Shown piece after piece: positions 50,979 to 60,810 of a DNA stretch of 64,000 bases (position 1 is the first letter of the stretch; every line of letters begins with the position of its first letter). The notes beneath the pieces were generated by a model. That model had not been told where the DNA came from and made no database searches. It saw only the letters and a program-made list of their open reading frames with translations. The position numbers were made by a program, and so were the translations under genes. Source of the stretch: an uncultured Planctomycetota bacterium (GTDB lineage: Bacteria; Planctomycetota; Planctomycetia; Isosphaerales; Isosphaeraceae). The stretch covers positions 416,001-480,000 of the forward strand of contig CAWGMQ010000008.1 in the NCBI GenBank assembly GCA_963823665.1. Reading direction: 5' to 3'.

Positions 50979-51025
50979 TGGGCGGGGCTGGATTCGAATC
51001 GGCGACTACCACCGTGTGAGGATGG
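50979..51025 (-). other. Degenerate 3' half of tRNA-Val(CAC); probable att site
   Basis: Minus strand CCATC-CTCACAC-GGTGG TAGTC GCCGA-TTCGAAT-CCAGC CCCGCCCA; no D-arm upstream. Confidence 0.65.
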
Positions 51026-51446
51026 TCCAAGAAGCGGAAGACCATACGCCTCTGGCACTTACTGTTTCCGTAATTCGCGTGTTTTGCACGGATTTCAACG
51101 GTGGAGTGAAACCGCGTGGCCCTTCGTGAACGCCTCAATCTCGGGCGCTTCCCGAATGAGAACAACGGCGAGATCGAGCCGAGTCGGAGTTGCTTCAAGG
51201 TGAGAGCGGATCGACCGAAGCATTCCATTCGGCGAGCCTCGCGCGGAGCTTCGACGGGCCGGCAGTCGCCTAAAAATCGGCGAACAGATTTTCCTCGTTC
51301 TCGATGTCCTTGGAAATACTAGTTGCGTCCGTGTTTCATTCCGTCGAGGGGGTCAGAGAAGTGTCCCGGCCCAACCCGAGCCGGTTCCAGGGGCAGGGGA
51401 CGCCGGAGGGCTCACCTGGGTAGGGGAAAGTTCTTCGGGTGCGGGC

Positions 51447-51764
51447 TCAGGTCTTTCGCTCGCGCTTCTTGGGTCGGCCTTCGGAACGCTGCGTGGGTCG
51501 ACGGCGGCCTCCAATGCGAAGATCACTGCGAAGCTGATCGATTCCAATTCCGCCTTGCTCCTGGTACGAGCGGCGCGACTCTTCGATCAAAGCGATGAAC
51601 TTCGGGTTGGAAGCCAGAGCGAGCGATTCCCAGTCAGAATTGGAAACATTCTTGACCGCAACGAAGGGTTCACCGTGGCGAGTCAAGATGACCGTCTCGT
51701 CCTTCGCCAAGTCCGCGATCGCCGACAAGGTCATTGTGGTGTCGTCCAAGGATATTACCTTCAT
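51447..51764 (-). CDS. Phd/YefM-like antitoxin
   Basis: 'ETVILTRHGEP..AV...DWESLALASNPKFIALIEESR'; overlaps the toxin stop codon. Confidence 0.75.
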   Translation of the reverse strand: MKVISLDDTTMTLSAIADLAKDETVILTRHGEPFVAVKNVSNSDWESLALASNPKFIALIEESRRSYQEQGGIGIDQLRSDLRIGGRRRPTQRSEGRPKKRERKT

Positions 51765-52057
51765 AACTCGATTTCCTCTCCATCGACCAGGAGCCGGTCG
51801 TGCGTCTTGTGACCGATTGCAACCACGATAACGAGCTCGTCCTCCGGGCGGACGTCATAAAACACACGAAAGTCGCCTACGCGCAATTCCCAGGGCGCCA
51901 ATACGTTGTCGGACAATTTCTTCCGGTGCCGCGTTGGGTGATCTGGCTCATTTGAGAGTTGTGCTTCGACGGCGTCGACGATGATTCGTTGGTCTCTACG
52001 GCGAAGTTGACCCAGATGATCGCGGGCACGCGGTGAGAACTCGATCGCGAAAGCCAT
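51761..52057 (-). CDS. RelE/ParE family toxin
   Basis: 'IEFSPRARDHL...WELRVGDFRVFYDV...IVVAIGHK'. Confidence 0.87.
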   Translation of the reverse strand: MAFAIEFSPRARDHLGQLRRRDQRIIVDAVEAQLSNEPDHPTRHRKKLSDNVLAPWELRVGDFRVFYDVRPEDELVIVVAIGHKTHDRLLVDGEEIEL

Positions 52058-52210
52058 GTCGCGCCGGTTCCTGAAATCTCATCCAGAGGGATTCGCGACC
52101 GGCGAAGACCTCATTTCGCCTTCTGCGATCATTGTCGCACGTTCGCGCAATTTGGACAACGCGTAGCTGGGAGTGTGTGAGTTTTGAAGCGCCGGTAATT
52201 CACGGGCCGT

Positions 52211-52465
52211 GTGGGAATATTGAGTCTGGCCAAATGCGACCTGGAGGTGATGCGAGAAGCGGACGGGGTAATCGCCGCCGTGACGGAGGTCCAGCGGGGC
52301 GAAATCGGGGGAATAACCGACGCGGCTACCCTCCGCAGGAACCTGGAGATGCACTGCCTGCCGGGGTCGCTGATCGACGGTGGAAATCCGGACTACGACG
52401 AGTTCCTTGAAGAACGCCGGCGGCTGATGGCACTCAAGATCAAAGTTTGGTTCGAAGCGTTGTGA
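52211..52465 (+). pseudogene. C-terminal remnant resembling DUF262 (GmrSD-like) proteins
   Basis: 'GGITD...NLEMHCLP...[24 protein letters not shown]', recognised from memory. Confidence 0.55.
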
Positions 52466-52621
52466 TTGCGCGGGGTTGGTCTGAGTCGAAAAATCGTTTT
52501 GTTACTTATTGTCGGCGATGGCTGTTCTGGAGCCTGGCGATATACACTGGCACCCACGAAGCCTTCGAAGAGCAAGCGATCTATTCGAAGTTGACCAATT
52601 GGATGAGAGGAGCCGACAGGC

Positions 52622-52903
52622 ATGACGAAGCGCACGGTTGCCTCGGTCACAAGGCCGCGCACGCTTGCGCGTCGGGCGGATCAGCTCCTCGGCGAGCTTC
52701 GCCAGATGATCGATTCCGCACGTGCGCGGGTCGCCACGGCAGCCAACTCCGAACTGACGCTCCTGTACTGGCGGATCGGTCGAAGGATACACTCCGACAT
52801 CCTCGCTGGCGAGCGGGCTGCCTACGGTGAGGCAATTGTCGCCACAGTGTCGCGACAATTGGTGGTCGAGTACGGCCAGAACTTCAGTTCCAGGGGTTTG
52901 CGA
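52622..52903 (+). pseudogene. DUF1016/YhcG N-terminal fragment
   Basis: 'IDSARARVA..NSELTLLYWRIGRRI...RAAYGE.IV...YGQNFS..GLR', then similarity stops. Confidence 0.75.
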
Positions 52904-53519
52904 GACACCCATTTTCCCGGGGACAACCCCGGGGCAAATCCATCGCGCGCGCTCCCGGCGGTAGGTAGCGGAAAAAGTGGCTGTCTTGGATTCCGCGCCG
53001 GAAGGGAAACGGCTGAGTTGTCCGCAGAAGACGCAGATCAACGCAGATAAGAATGGTGCTCGGGGCTGAGCAAGACCTTTGACCACGAATCGGACGAATT
53101 GCACGAATAGGAACTCGGGGTCACCGACCTAGAAATGCGGTATCGCGAGATCGTTCGAGACCAGATTTCTTGTACGCATCGCGGCCACCAATCTTCACTC
53201 GTCACTCAATTCTGCTTCCGTGAGGATCAGTGCGACGGGGAATTCAGAAACCCACAGAACGCACGTCAACGAACCATGCAATCATTCGCCGGTGTGATTG
53301 ATGGGTGTTCTTGCGTCTCAGATCTGAAGGCCGCGCAAATACTGGGTGTCTTGGATCCCCAGCAGAATCTCGTGGGTGTCAGGCTGAAAGCTTGACCGAC
53401 AACTTCATGATTGTTGTCTTGGCAATCAGTTGGAACAGGTAATCGGTGACGATGGCCATCGGAGGCAGCTCATTTCGGTGTGTGCCAGCGCGGGACGAAA
53501 TCGCGCGGGGGGTTGAATA

Positions 53520-53556
53520 ATCGCGCACGCGCGATTCCGAATCGCGCGTGCGCGAT
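53520..53556. terminator. Perfect 18 bp inverted repeat after the AlbA_2 gene stop (terminator or operator)
   Basis: ATCGCGCACGCGCGATTC-C-GAATCGCGCGTGCGCGAT. Confidence 0.5.
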
Positions 53557-53565
53557 ATTGCGCGA

Positions 53566-55008
53566 TTAGGTGGACTCATAGGCGGTGGCCCGCCCTCTCC
53601 CTGTTCGACGCAACTTGTTTTCTCCAAACAGCTTTCGCAGTAATCGACGGGCCTGGTCCTCGTTGATCCGGCACAGCTCCGCCGCCTCTTTCCGGGTGAT
53701 TTTCCCGTGGTTCCTGGCGAATTGCAGGACCATTTGCTCTTGTTGAATGGGGTCGAAACCAGCCTGACGGATGTAATCTCCGGGTTGCCCGAGCCCCTTG
53801 TACACCCTGGGGCTGAGTGTGTAGGTCCGCCCCTTTTTCACGCCGTGGGCCTCGACCAGCCCCGCCTCGACCAACCGCTCCAGAACCTTACGCGCGGCGA
53901 TCTCATCGCGCTGAATCTCGCGTGCGAGCCTACTCGTTTCGATCCTGCGCTCGTGGCGCAACAAGACGAGAGCAATCATCGAATCAATCGGTAGGCTATG
54001 GCCCAGCCGCTTCTCTTCGTCGATCACAATCCGCAGAACGTCGAGGTCCGCGTCGCCACCCGGAAGGACCACAACGACTGACTGCGAGTCGCTCCGACGA
54101 TAGTCCGGAGCCGGCCGCCCGTAACGGAGCAGACCCTGGAAAATCAAATCGATTCCCCGACCGGTTCGCTCGGCCAGCCCGATCCGTTTCACGGCGTCGG
54201 CCAGAAGAGGGTTCCGTGGACGAGGTTCGACGACCCGTGCTCGGAATTGTTCGTCCACGCGCTCGAAGGTTTTCAGCAGAGGCATGCGGTAGAAATCGTT
54301 GACCCGAACCTGGGTCCCCTCCAGCACCTGAAACGCGACTTCGTGGGTCGGCAGATGTTCGCGCAGCGCGGATTCCCGACCGAGCATGAGCAAACCGGCC
54401 ACGGTCGGGACCGCCCGTCCTTGGTCGCGCCGGATCAGTCCAAGAGCACCGTCCAGCTCGTCATCCGCCAGTGAGATGAGCGAACGATCCCCGCCGTAAC
54501 GCTCGACGCACTGCCGAAGGCGCTCCCGCTCGAGCGGATCAAAGTCTTGAGTGGATGCCGATGGGATCGGCAGCGCTGAGTAATCGAGAAGACCGAGATC
54601 GGATTGACGCTGGGCAAATTCGTGGGGATAGAACGGCACGCATTCGGGCAGCCCGTCGGCCCTCAGACGGCGGCGCTGGAGGAGTCCGTCGGAAGTTGCC
54701 ACCAGTTGCCGCGACTTCGGAACCGAGATCCTGGCAATCCGATGCGGCTCGACATCGATCGCCTCGACGCGGGCGGTCAGGGGTGGGCTGGTCAGATTGG
54801 CGATGAGAGCGGTCAAGCCCGTCAGAATCTGATAAGCAGGATGAAGCCCGGTGACCCTGCCATCATCCTCGACTCCCAGGTAGATCTCGCCACCCTCTGT
54901 ATTCGCCAGGCAGATGACCGCCGCGATCAAATCGCGGTCGGCCAGCCGAGCGCGGTCGCTCTTGAACTCGACGGTCAAACTCTCGCGCTCGGGGATGTCG
55001 CGAGTCAT
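53566..55008 (-). CDS. AlbA_2 (Schlafen-like) / RecG-C-like ATP-binding protein with HTH; probable in-frame internal deletion
   Basis: 'ESLTVEFKSD', 'LANTEGG.IYLGVEDDG', 'RNPLLA...LAERTGRGID'; the usual HRDY segment is absent. Confidence 0.78.
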   Translation of the reverse strand: MTRDIPERESLTVEFKSDRARLADRDLIAAVICLANTEGGEIYLGVEDDGRVTGLHPAYQILTGLTALIANLTSPPLTARVEAIDVEPHRIARISVPKSRQLVATSDGLLQRRRLRADGLPECVPFYPHEFAQRQSDLGLLDYSALPIPSASTQDFDPLERERLRQCVERYGGDRSLISLADDELDGALGLIRRDQGRAVPTVAGLLMLGRESALREHLPTHEVAFQVLEGTQVRVNDFYRMPLLKTFERVDEQFRARVVEPRPRNPLLADAVKRIGLAERTGRGIDLIFQGLLRYGRPAPDYRRSDSQSVVVVLPGGDADLDVLRIVIDEEKRLGHSLPIDSMIALVLLRHERRIETSRLAREIQRDEIAARKVLERLVEAGLVEAHGVKKGRTYTLSPRVYKGLGQPGDYIRQAGFDPIQQEQMVLQFARNHGKITRKEAAELCRINEDQARRLLRKLFGENKLRRTGRGRATAYEST

Positions 55009-55175
55009 TTGACGATCCCCTTCTTGCGCAGCAATTTACCCATCGACGACCACTCGTACTTGCCTTCTAGCAATTCTTCCCAGTAGTTTTTGGTTTCTTT
55101 CCACGGCACGAACTCGTGGAGCGGCGTAATGTTCAGGACGACGCCATCGTTCAGGTCGGGGTCGTACACCACCTC
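55005..55175 (-). pseudogene. C-terminal remnant resembling PglX/Eco57I-type DNA methyltransferases
   Basis: 'YDPDLNDGVVLNITPLHEFVPWKE...WEELLEGKYEWSSMGK', recognised from memory; ATGA overlap with the AlbA_2 gene. Confidence 0.5.
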
Positions 55176-55539
55176 GGGGACGTGCTTTGTCACCGTGATA
55201 GACCTGCATCTCAGCATAGACTTTCCGATGAGAGCATGCGTTCCTCCGAACTGACTTTCGCGGGCGCTTCGCCCGGCGCGGACGTCATTGTATCTTCCCG
55301 GGTCGACGCCTGGCATCAGGGAAGTTGTCCGGGGGGAAATGCGGACTGATCCAGATGGCTTCAGCCACCCTGCGGCCTAGCACGGGAGAGGGCGAGGGCA
55401 AGAGAGGAAGGACAGGCGTCGCGTTTCTGGCTTGGAGGCGGTTGGTTTGGTCAATGAGGGTGAGGTTGCATACAGGCGGGTAGTGGGTGATCGGTGGCGG
55501 GTGATGCGTGGCGGGTCGGCTGAGGGATGCCGGTGGCTT

Positions 55540-55720
55540 GGTGGATTTGACGTCGCGGACGAGGCGGCCGGTGTGTTCGGCCACGCGCAGATTGCTACAG
55601 GGCGAAGACACTTCGAGCTTTCCTTCACGAGATGAATCGGGCTTGGGTTGGTCTTCGACCGGGTGAGACCGGATTGATTCGCGATGCTGCCGTGCTTGGC
55701 CAGATTCTGGGTCGAATTGA
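55540..55720 (-). pseudogene. Degenerate fragment resembling planctomycete Y1/RAYT-like transposase C-termini
   Basis: 'VEDQPKPDSSREGKLE...EHTGRLVRDVKS' resembles a recalled 'IEDRRRLDSSREG...DYTGRLFREGK' pattern. Confidence 0.35.
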
Positions 55721-55817
55721 AATCAGGGGCTGGGCCGCCTGGATTGGTGTTAGGAACGAGGCGAATCGGCGTTGCCGTGCGCCTTGGGACTGGATAATTC
55801 GCTACGTCCCCTTTAGG

Positions 55818-56485
55818 CGGCTCGCGCGGTGTGGAATCGCTGTCCCTCACACTATCAGGTCGTTTCGCGGTGACGCGCTGATGAGGCACGGTTTCCTCAG
55901 CGTGGTTCCAACTCCCCGTCCACAACGCGGTACCCCCTTCGCTCCACGGGGTCCGGAGGGCCGTCCTGCGCTTCAACACTACTACGGGGCACTGCGACTC
56001 CTTGCCGTCCGTTTCGCCGCACTTTGTATCTTCCTTCGCTTGGCGATTCCATAGTTCGTCCCCTGTTCGTCCCGACCAGCTCGGGGCCAAGCTGTGGATC
56101 AACCTGGAGTTGGTAAGCTGGTGCTCCAGCCGGCCGTCACGATGGAGACGACAAGGTCTCCCAAGTTCCTGGGGAACCCGGCATTCGCCATGTTCTCCGA
56201 CCCCGGTCTGACCAGGCACGCTAGTGGGTCCAGGTGTCGCTAATGCCCGGCACGGCTCCCGCGTCAGACGAGGACGAGGGCTCAGGACAAAGAAGGATAT
56301 TTCGGGGCTCAATCGCACAGCGTTTGATCTCGCTGTCTACGCTTCGCAGTGAGAGTCGCCTCTCCCCACGCAAGACTGACTTCCGGCTGCTGGCCCGGCT
56401 CTGCTGGGCGGGATTGGGTACCGCAGGGTTCCAGTAAAAGGTTTCACATCGGAATGATCCTCCTTTTCCGAGCTTCTTGGCGCAA
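55818..56485 (-). mobile_element. ORF-less group II intron, truncated at the start of domain V
   Basis: 5' TTGCG; 'GAAGCGTAGACAG...GATTGAGCCCCGAAA'; 'CAGGAACTTGGGAGACC'; DIII-like 'GAGTCGCAG..GTAGTAG..GAAG..GGACCCCGTGGAGCGAAGGGG'; short DIV; only GAGCCG of DV remains. Confidence 0.72.
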
Positions 56486-56660
56486 TGTCTGGAATCCCTG
56501 GAATCGACTACGTCCCCTTTTCGGACCCGCGATCGAGTGGCAGTTGCAATGGTGGACTGGACCAATTACGCTTATATAAAGCGTTCTGGACGTCGTTCGA
56601 TCGAAGAAGCGGCGCGTCGCTGCGGACGCCGGCGCACGGTTCCTCGAAGGAGCTCCTCCG

Positions 56661-59600
56661 CTGAGGCTCGTCAAGAACAGCGGCAATGATCGGGTCATTG
56701 ACGAATTGCGGCGGTGCCTCCCTGCGCATTCGACCTTCGACGTTGCGTCGACGGCGCTCTCGCTCTTCGCATTCGGCGAGCTTCGGGAACTACTGGCGAA
56801 CGTTGCGAGATGCCGAGTGGTGTTGCCGGATTCGCAAGGGGGTGATCTTGCGCTTCTGGGCGGTCCGACCGATCGCCCGTTCCGGGATCGACTCGCGGCG
56901 CGATGGTTGGCGAAACAATGCGCCGACTGGCTCAATAAAAAGGCCGACGTCCGCTGCGTCGCGGGCATCATCCCGCAGGCCACACTCATCGCCGGAAACC
57001 GCGAAGGCTCGCCCGAGCGGGTTATCACCGGAAACTGCGCGTTCACCACGGATGGGCTGGGAATCACTCCGGGCAACCAGTTCGGACTCATTCAGTGTTC
57101 AGAGAACGCCGAGGAATGCGCTCTGCTTGGCTCGTGGTTCACCGAACTCTGGAATAGCCTCCCGGCCTCGGCGGACGGGAAAGACTCGCTCATCGCTCGG
57201 CTGCGGGATCTGATCGAACACAAGGCGCCCTCGCTGATCTACTTCTTGATTCTGTTCCACCTGTTCAAGGATCTGGGCCAGGAGCTGGACGAAGATCGCA
57301 TCGTCAAATCGGCGACCGGCATTCGCAACACGAACGTGTGGAAGAAGCTGTTCAAGTTTCAGCGCGACGGCGTGATCGGTGCGATCGACAAGCTCGAGCG
57401 TTACGGCGGCTGCATCATCGCCGATAGCGTGGGGCTGGGAAAAACGTTCGAGGCGCTGGCGATCATCAAGTATCACGAGCTGCGCAACGACCGCGTTCTC
57501 GTGCTCTGCCCGAAACGGCTGCGCGACAACTGGACGCTTTACAAATCCAACGACCGGCGCAACGTTCTCGCGGCCGACCGTCTGAACTACGATGCGCTCA
57601 ACCACACCGATCTCTCCCGCGACGCCGGCGCGTCGGGCGACATCGACCTGTCGCACGTCAACTGGGGCAACTACGACCTGGTGGTCATCGACGAATCGCA
57701 CAATTTCCGCAACAAGAAGACCCCTCGCAAGGACGGCGAAACTCGCTACGACCGCCTGATGCGGCGGATCATCAAGGAAGGTGTGAAGACTCGCGTGCTC
57801 ATGCTCTCGGCCACGCCGGTGAACAACCGTCTCGCTGACCTCAAGAATCAAATCGCTTTCATTACGGAAGGCGATGATGCGAGGCTCGCGGAGCAGGGAA
57901 TCGCAAGCGTCGAGACCACCGTGCGAAAAGCCCAGGTCCAGTTCACGCGCTGGCTGGCGATCGAGGAGGAGCAGGATCGCAAGCCCGCCCGGCTGATTGA
58001 CATGCTCGGGTTCGACTACTTCAAGCTGCTCGACCTTCTCACCATCGCGCGGTTCCGCAAGCACGTCGAGAAATACTACGGCACCAAGGAAACCGGGCGA
58101 TTTCCCGAACGGCTGAAGCCGATCAACATCAAACCCGACGTCGACTCGGCTGGAGAGTTTCGATCGATTCGGGAGATCAACAACGAGATCCGCCGGCTCA
58201 ACCTGAGCGCCTACGCGCCGCTGCGATACGTGCTGCCGCACAAGCAAGGCGCTTACGACAAGAAGTACAGCACCAAGCTCAGCCAGGGGGAGGGGTTCTT
58301 CCGGCAGGCGGACCGAGAGGAAAGCCTGGTTCACCTTCTGAGGGTGAACATCCTCAAGCGGATGGAGAGCGCGGTACCTTCATTTTCGCTCACACTCAAG
58401 AGGCAGCTCGCCGACGTCGAGGCGACGCTGTCGAGCATTGACTCGCACGAGGCCTCCGTCGAAGAAATCGACATCGAGGATATCGATGTGGACGACCCGG
58501 CGTTCGAGCCGCTGCTCGCTGGCCGCAAGGTCAAGGTGCTGCTTCAGGACGTCGACCTCGTGCGGTGGCGGCAGGAACTGGTCGAGGACCGCGATCGGCT
58601 GGCGACGCTCCACGCGGCGGCCAACCAGGTGGGAGCGGCGCGAGACGCCAAGCTCAGCGCCCTTCGGGAGATCATTGAGAGCAAGGCTCGTGCGCCGATC
58701 AACCCAAGGAACCGCAAGGTCATCGTCTTCACGGCGTTCGCCGACACGGCTCACTACCTCTACGAGCAGCTCGCGCCGTGGCGCTCGAGCGGCTTGGAAT
58801 TCACGCGGCACTCGTCACGGGGGCGGGGCGGAACCAGACGAACCTGCCCGGGCTTCGTCGTGATCTCGCGAACATCCTGACGGCGTTTTCGCCGCGTTCG
58901 AAGGAGCGCCCGGTGGACCTTGTCGATGAGGGAGAGCTTGACCTCTTAATTGCCACGGATTGCATCTCGGAAGGTCAGAACTTGCAGGACTGCGACTTCC
59001 TCGTAAATTACGACATTCACTGGAACCCGGTGCGCATCATCCAGCGGTTCGGGCGGATTGACCGCATCGGCTCGCCCAACGAGCGGATCCAGCTCGTCAA
59101 TTTCTGGCCGAACATCGAGCTGGAGGAGTACATCAACCTCGAACAGCGTGTGAGCGGGAAGATGGTACTTCTCGACATCTCGGCCACTGGCGAGGAGAAC
59201 CTGATCGAGCAACATTCGGGCAATCAGATGAATGACCTGGAGTATCGGCGGAAGCAGCTACTCAAGCTCCAGGATGCCGTGATCGATCTCGAAGATCTTT
59301 CGAGCGGGGTTTCGATTGCCGACCTGACTCTTAACGATTTTCGCATCGACCTCGGGGGCTTTCTTCGGGAGCATGCCGGCCGGCTAGATAAGTTGCCTCT
59401 GGGCACATTCGCCGTCACGGCTTCCCAGGGCTCGGGCGAGGGCGCGATCGCTCCGGGCGCGATCTTCTGCCTGCGAGCGGAGGGTGAGGCGGCGGTCGGT
59501 ACTGTCGAACCGGGTTACCCGCTCGCGCCGCATTATCTGGTGCACGTGGGAGATGAGGGCAGCGTTCTGCTCTCTTTCACACAGGCCAAACAAGTACTCG

Positions 59601-59875
59601 ACCGGCTAAAGAGGATCTGCGTCGGCCGCGACGCGCCGGACGCCGTTGCGTGCGCGCGGTTCGACCAGTCGACGCGGGACGGAGAGAGTATGGCCTCCAT
59701 TCAGAGGCTGCTCAGCAGTGGCGTGGCCTCGATCGCCGGCAGAAAAGAAGAGCGTGCCGTCGCCAGCCTGTTCTCGCCGGGCGGCACGTACGCAAAGAAA
59801 GGGGAGTTTGCGGGGATCAATGACTTCGAGGTCGTGGCTTTTCTGGTCGTTCTGCCGGAGGCCGCCCCAGCATGA
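56661..59875 (+). CDS. SNF2-like SF2 helicase with degenerate PLD-like N-terminus; frameshift near 58785
   Basis: 'ADSVGLGKT', 'IDESH', 'LSATP', '[11 protein letters not shown]', '[11 protein letters not shown]'; frame open from CTG 56661 after AAGGAG. Confidence 0.88.
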
Positions 59876-60642
59876 GCACGGCCGCCGTGATCGCCGCGCT
59901 GGGGCTACCGAGCGAGGCTCGCCTCGATCGCCGCGTGCCAAAGAAATTGCTCGTTGAACAAGGTGCGCCGACTGCCGCCGACCGGAAGCAGATTCAGGAC
60001 GGGATCGAGGAGCTGATGTGGCTCGCGGCACTCAAACCTGCGACGATCGGCGTGCCGGAATTCCGGGACGACGAGCGAGAGTATCTGGAAATCGCGGTGA
60101 TTGCCGCCGAGTTGCGACCGAAGGCGAAGGTGGCGCGGCTTGCGGAGTTGATCCACCGCGCGATTCCTTATCCGGTGTCGCTTGTCACCGCGCACGCCGG
60201 AATGCAGCACTTTTCGCTGGCTCACAAACGATTCTCGCAGAACGAAGTGGGATCGATGGTGCTTGACTGGGGCGTGATCGCGTCGCCAACTTTTCACGCG
60301 GGTGCAGAGAACGAGGCGGATGAAATCGCGGGGAGTTTCCTCGAGAGTCTTTCCTTGGCGGCCCAGAGCAGGGTACACTTGTGCGCTCTTTACCAAAGTT
60401 GGGTTGATCGCGTGTGGGCATTCCAGGCGGCGCGGATCACGGGGCGTTTTCGCATCGCCGCGACCGCGGAAGCCGCCGCGGCGCGCCGAGCTGCTCTGAC
60501 GGACCACGAGCGGATCCGTAAGGAGATCACGAACCTCCGGACGCGAGCGGAGGATGAGACGCAGATCAAACGTCGCGTCGAACTGAACTTGGAGATCCGC
60601 CGCCTCGACGGCGAGCTTGCCACTGCGAAGGCCAGGATTTGA
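59872..60642 (+). CDS. DUF4391 family protein
   Basis: 'RVPKKLL', 'EYLEIAV', '[10 protein letters not shown]', '[14 protein letters not shown]'; ATGA overlap with the helicase. Confidence 0.85.
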   Translation: MSTAAVIAALGLPSEARLDRRVPKKLLVEQGAPTAADRKQIQDGIEELMWLAALKPATIGVPEFRDDEREYLEIAVIAAELRPKAKVARLAELIHRAIPYPVSLVTAHAGMQHFSLAHKRFSQNEVGSMVLDWGVIASPTFHAGAENEADEIAGSFLESLSLAAQSRVHLCALYQSWVDRVWAFQAARITGRFRIAATAEAAAARRAALTDHERIRKEITNLRTRAEDETQIKRRVELNLEIRRLDGELATAKARI

Positions 60643-60803
60643 ACCACGGAAGGCGCGGGACGACACGGAAGCATGACGACTTCAATACCGAATTCAGATT
60701 ACCGTGGCTTGAGATTCCATCGCTCGGCGACAGTCACTATTCGAGGAACTTGGTTTTAGCGTGTCTCTCTTACTTTTCCGTGTGGTTCCGTGTATTCCGT
60801 GGT
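60643..60803. repeat. Miniature element with triplicated (ACGGAA-type) inverted-repeat arms
   Basis: ACCACGGAA-GGCGCGGGA-CGACACGGAA ... TTCCGTGTGG-TTCCGTGTA-TTCCGTGGT. Confidence 0.7.
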
Positions 60804-60810
60804 CAATCAC

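Noticed and set aside
52925..52975. c-di-GMP-I riboswitch (GGCAAATCC...GGTAGGTAGCGG)
   Set aside because: The central GNRA hairpin and GACGCAAAG core are missing, and there is no downstream gene
55377..56318. 313 aa ORF as an intron-encoded reverse transcriptase
   Set aside because: No YADD or other RT motifs; it is a chance ORF across structured RNA in high-GC DNA
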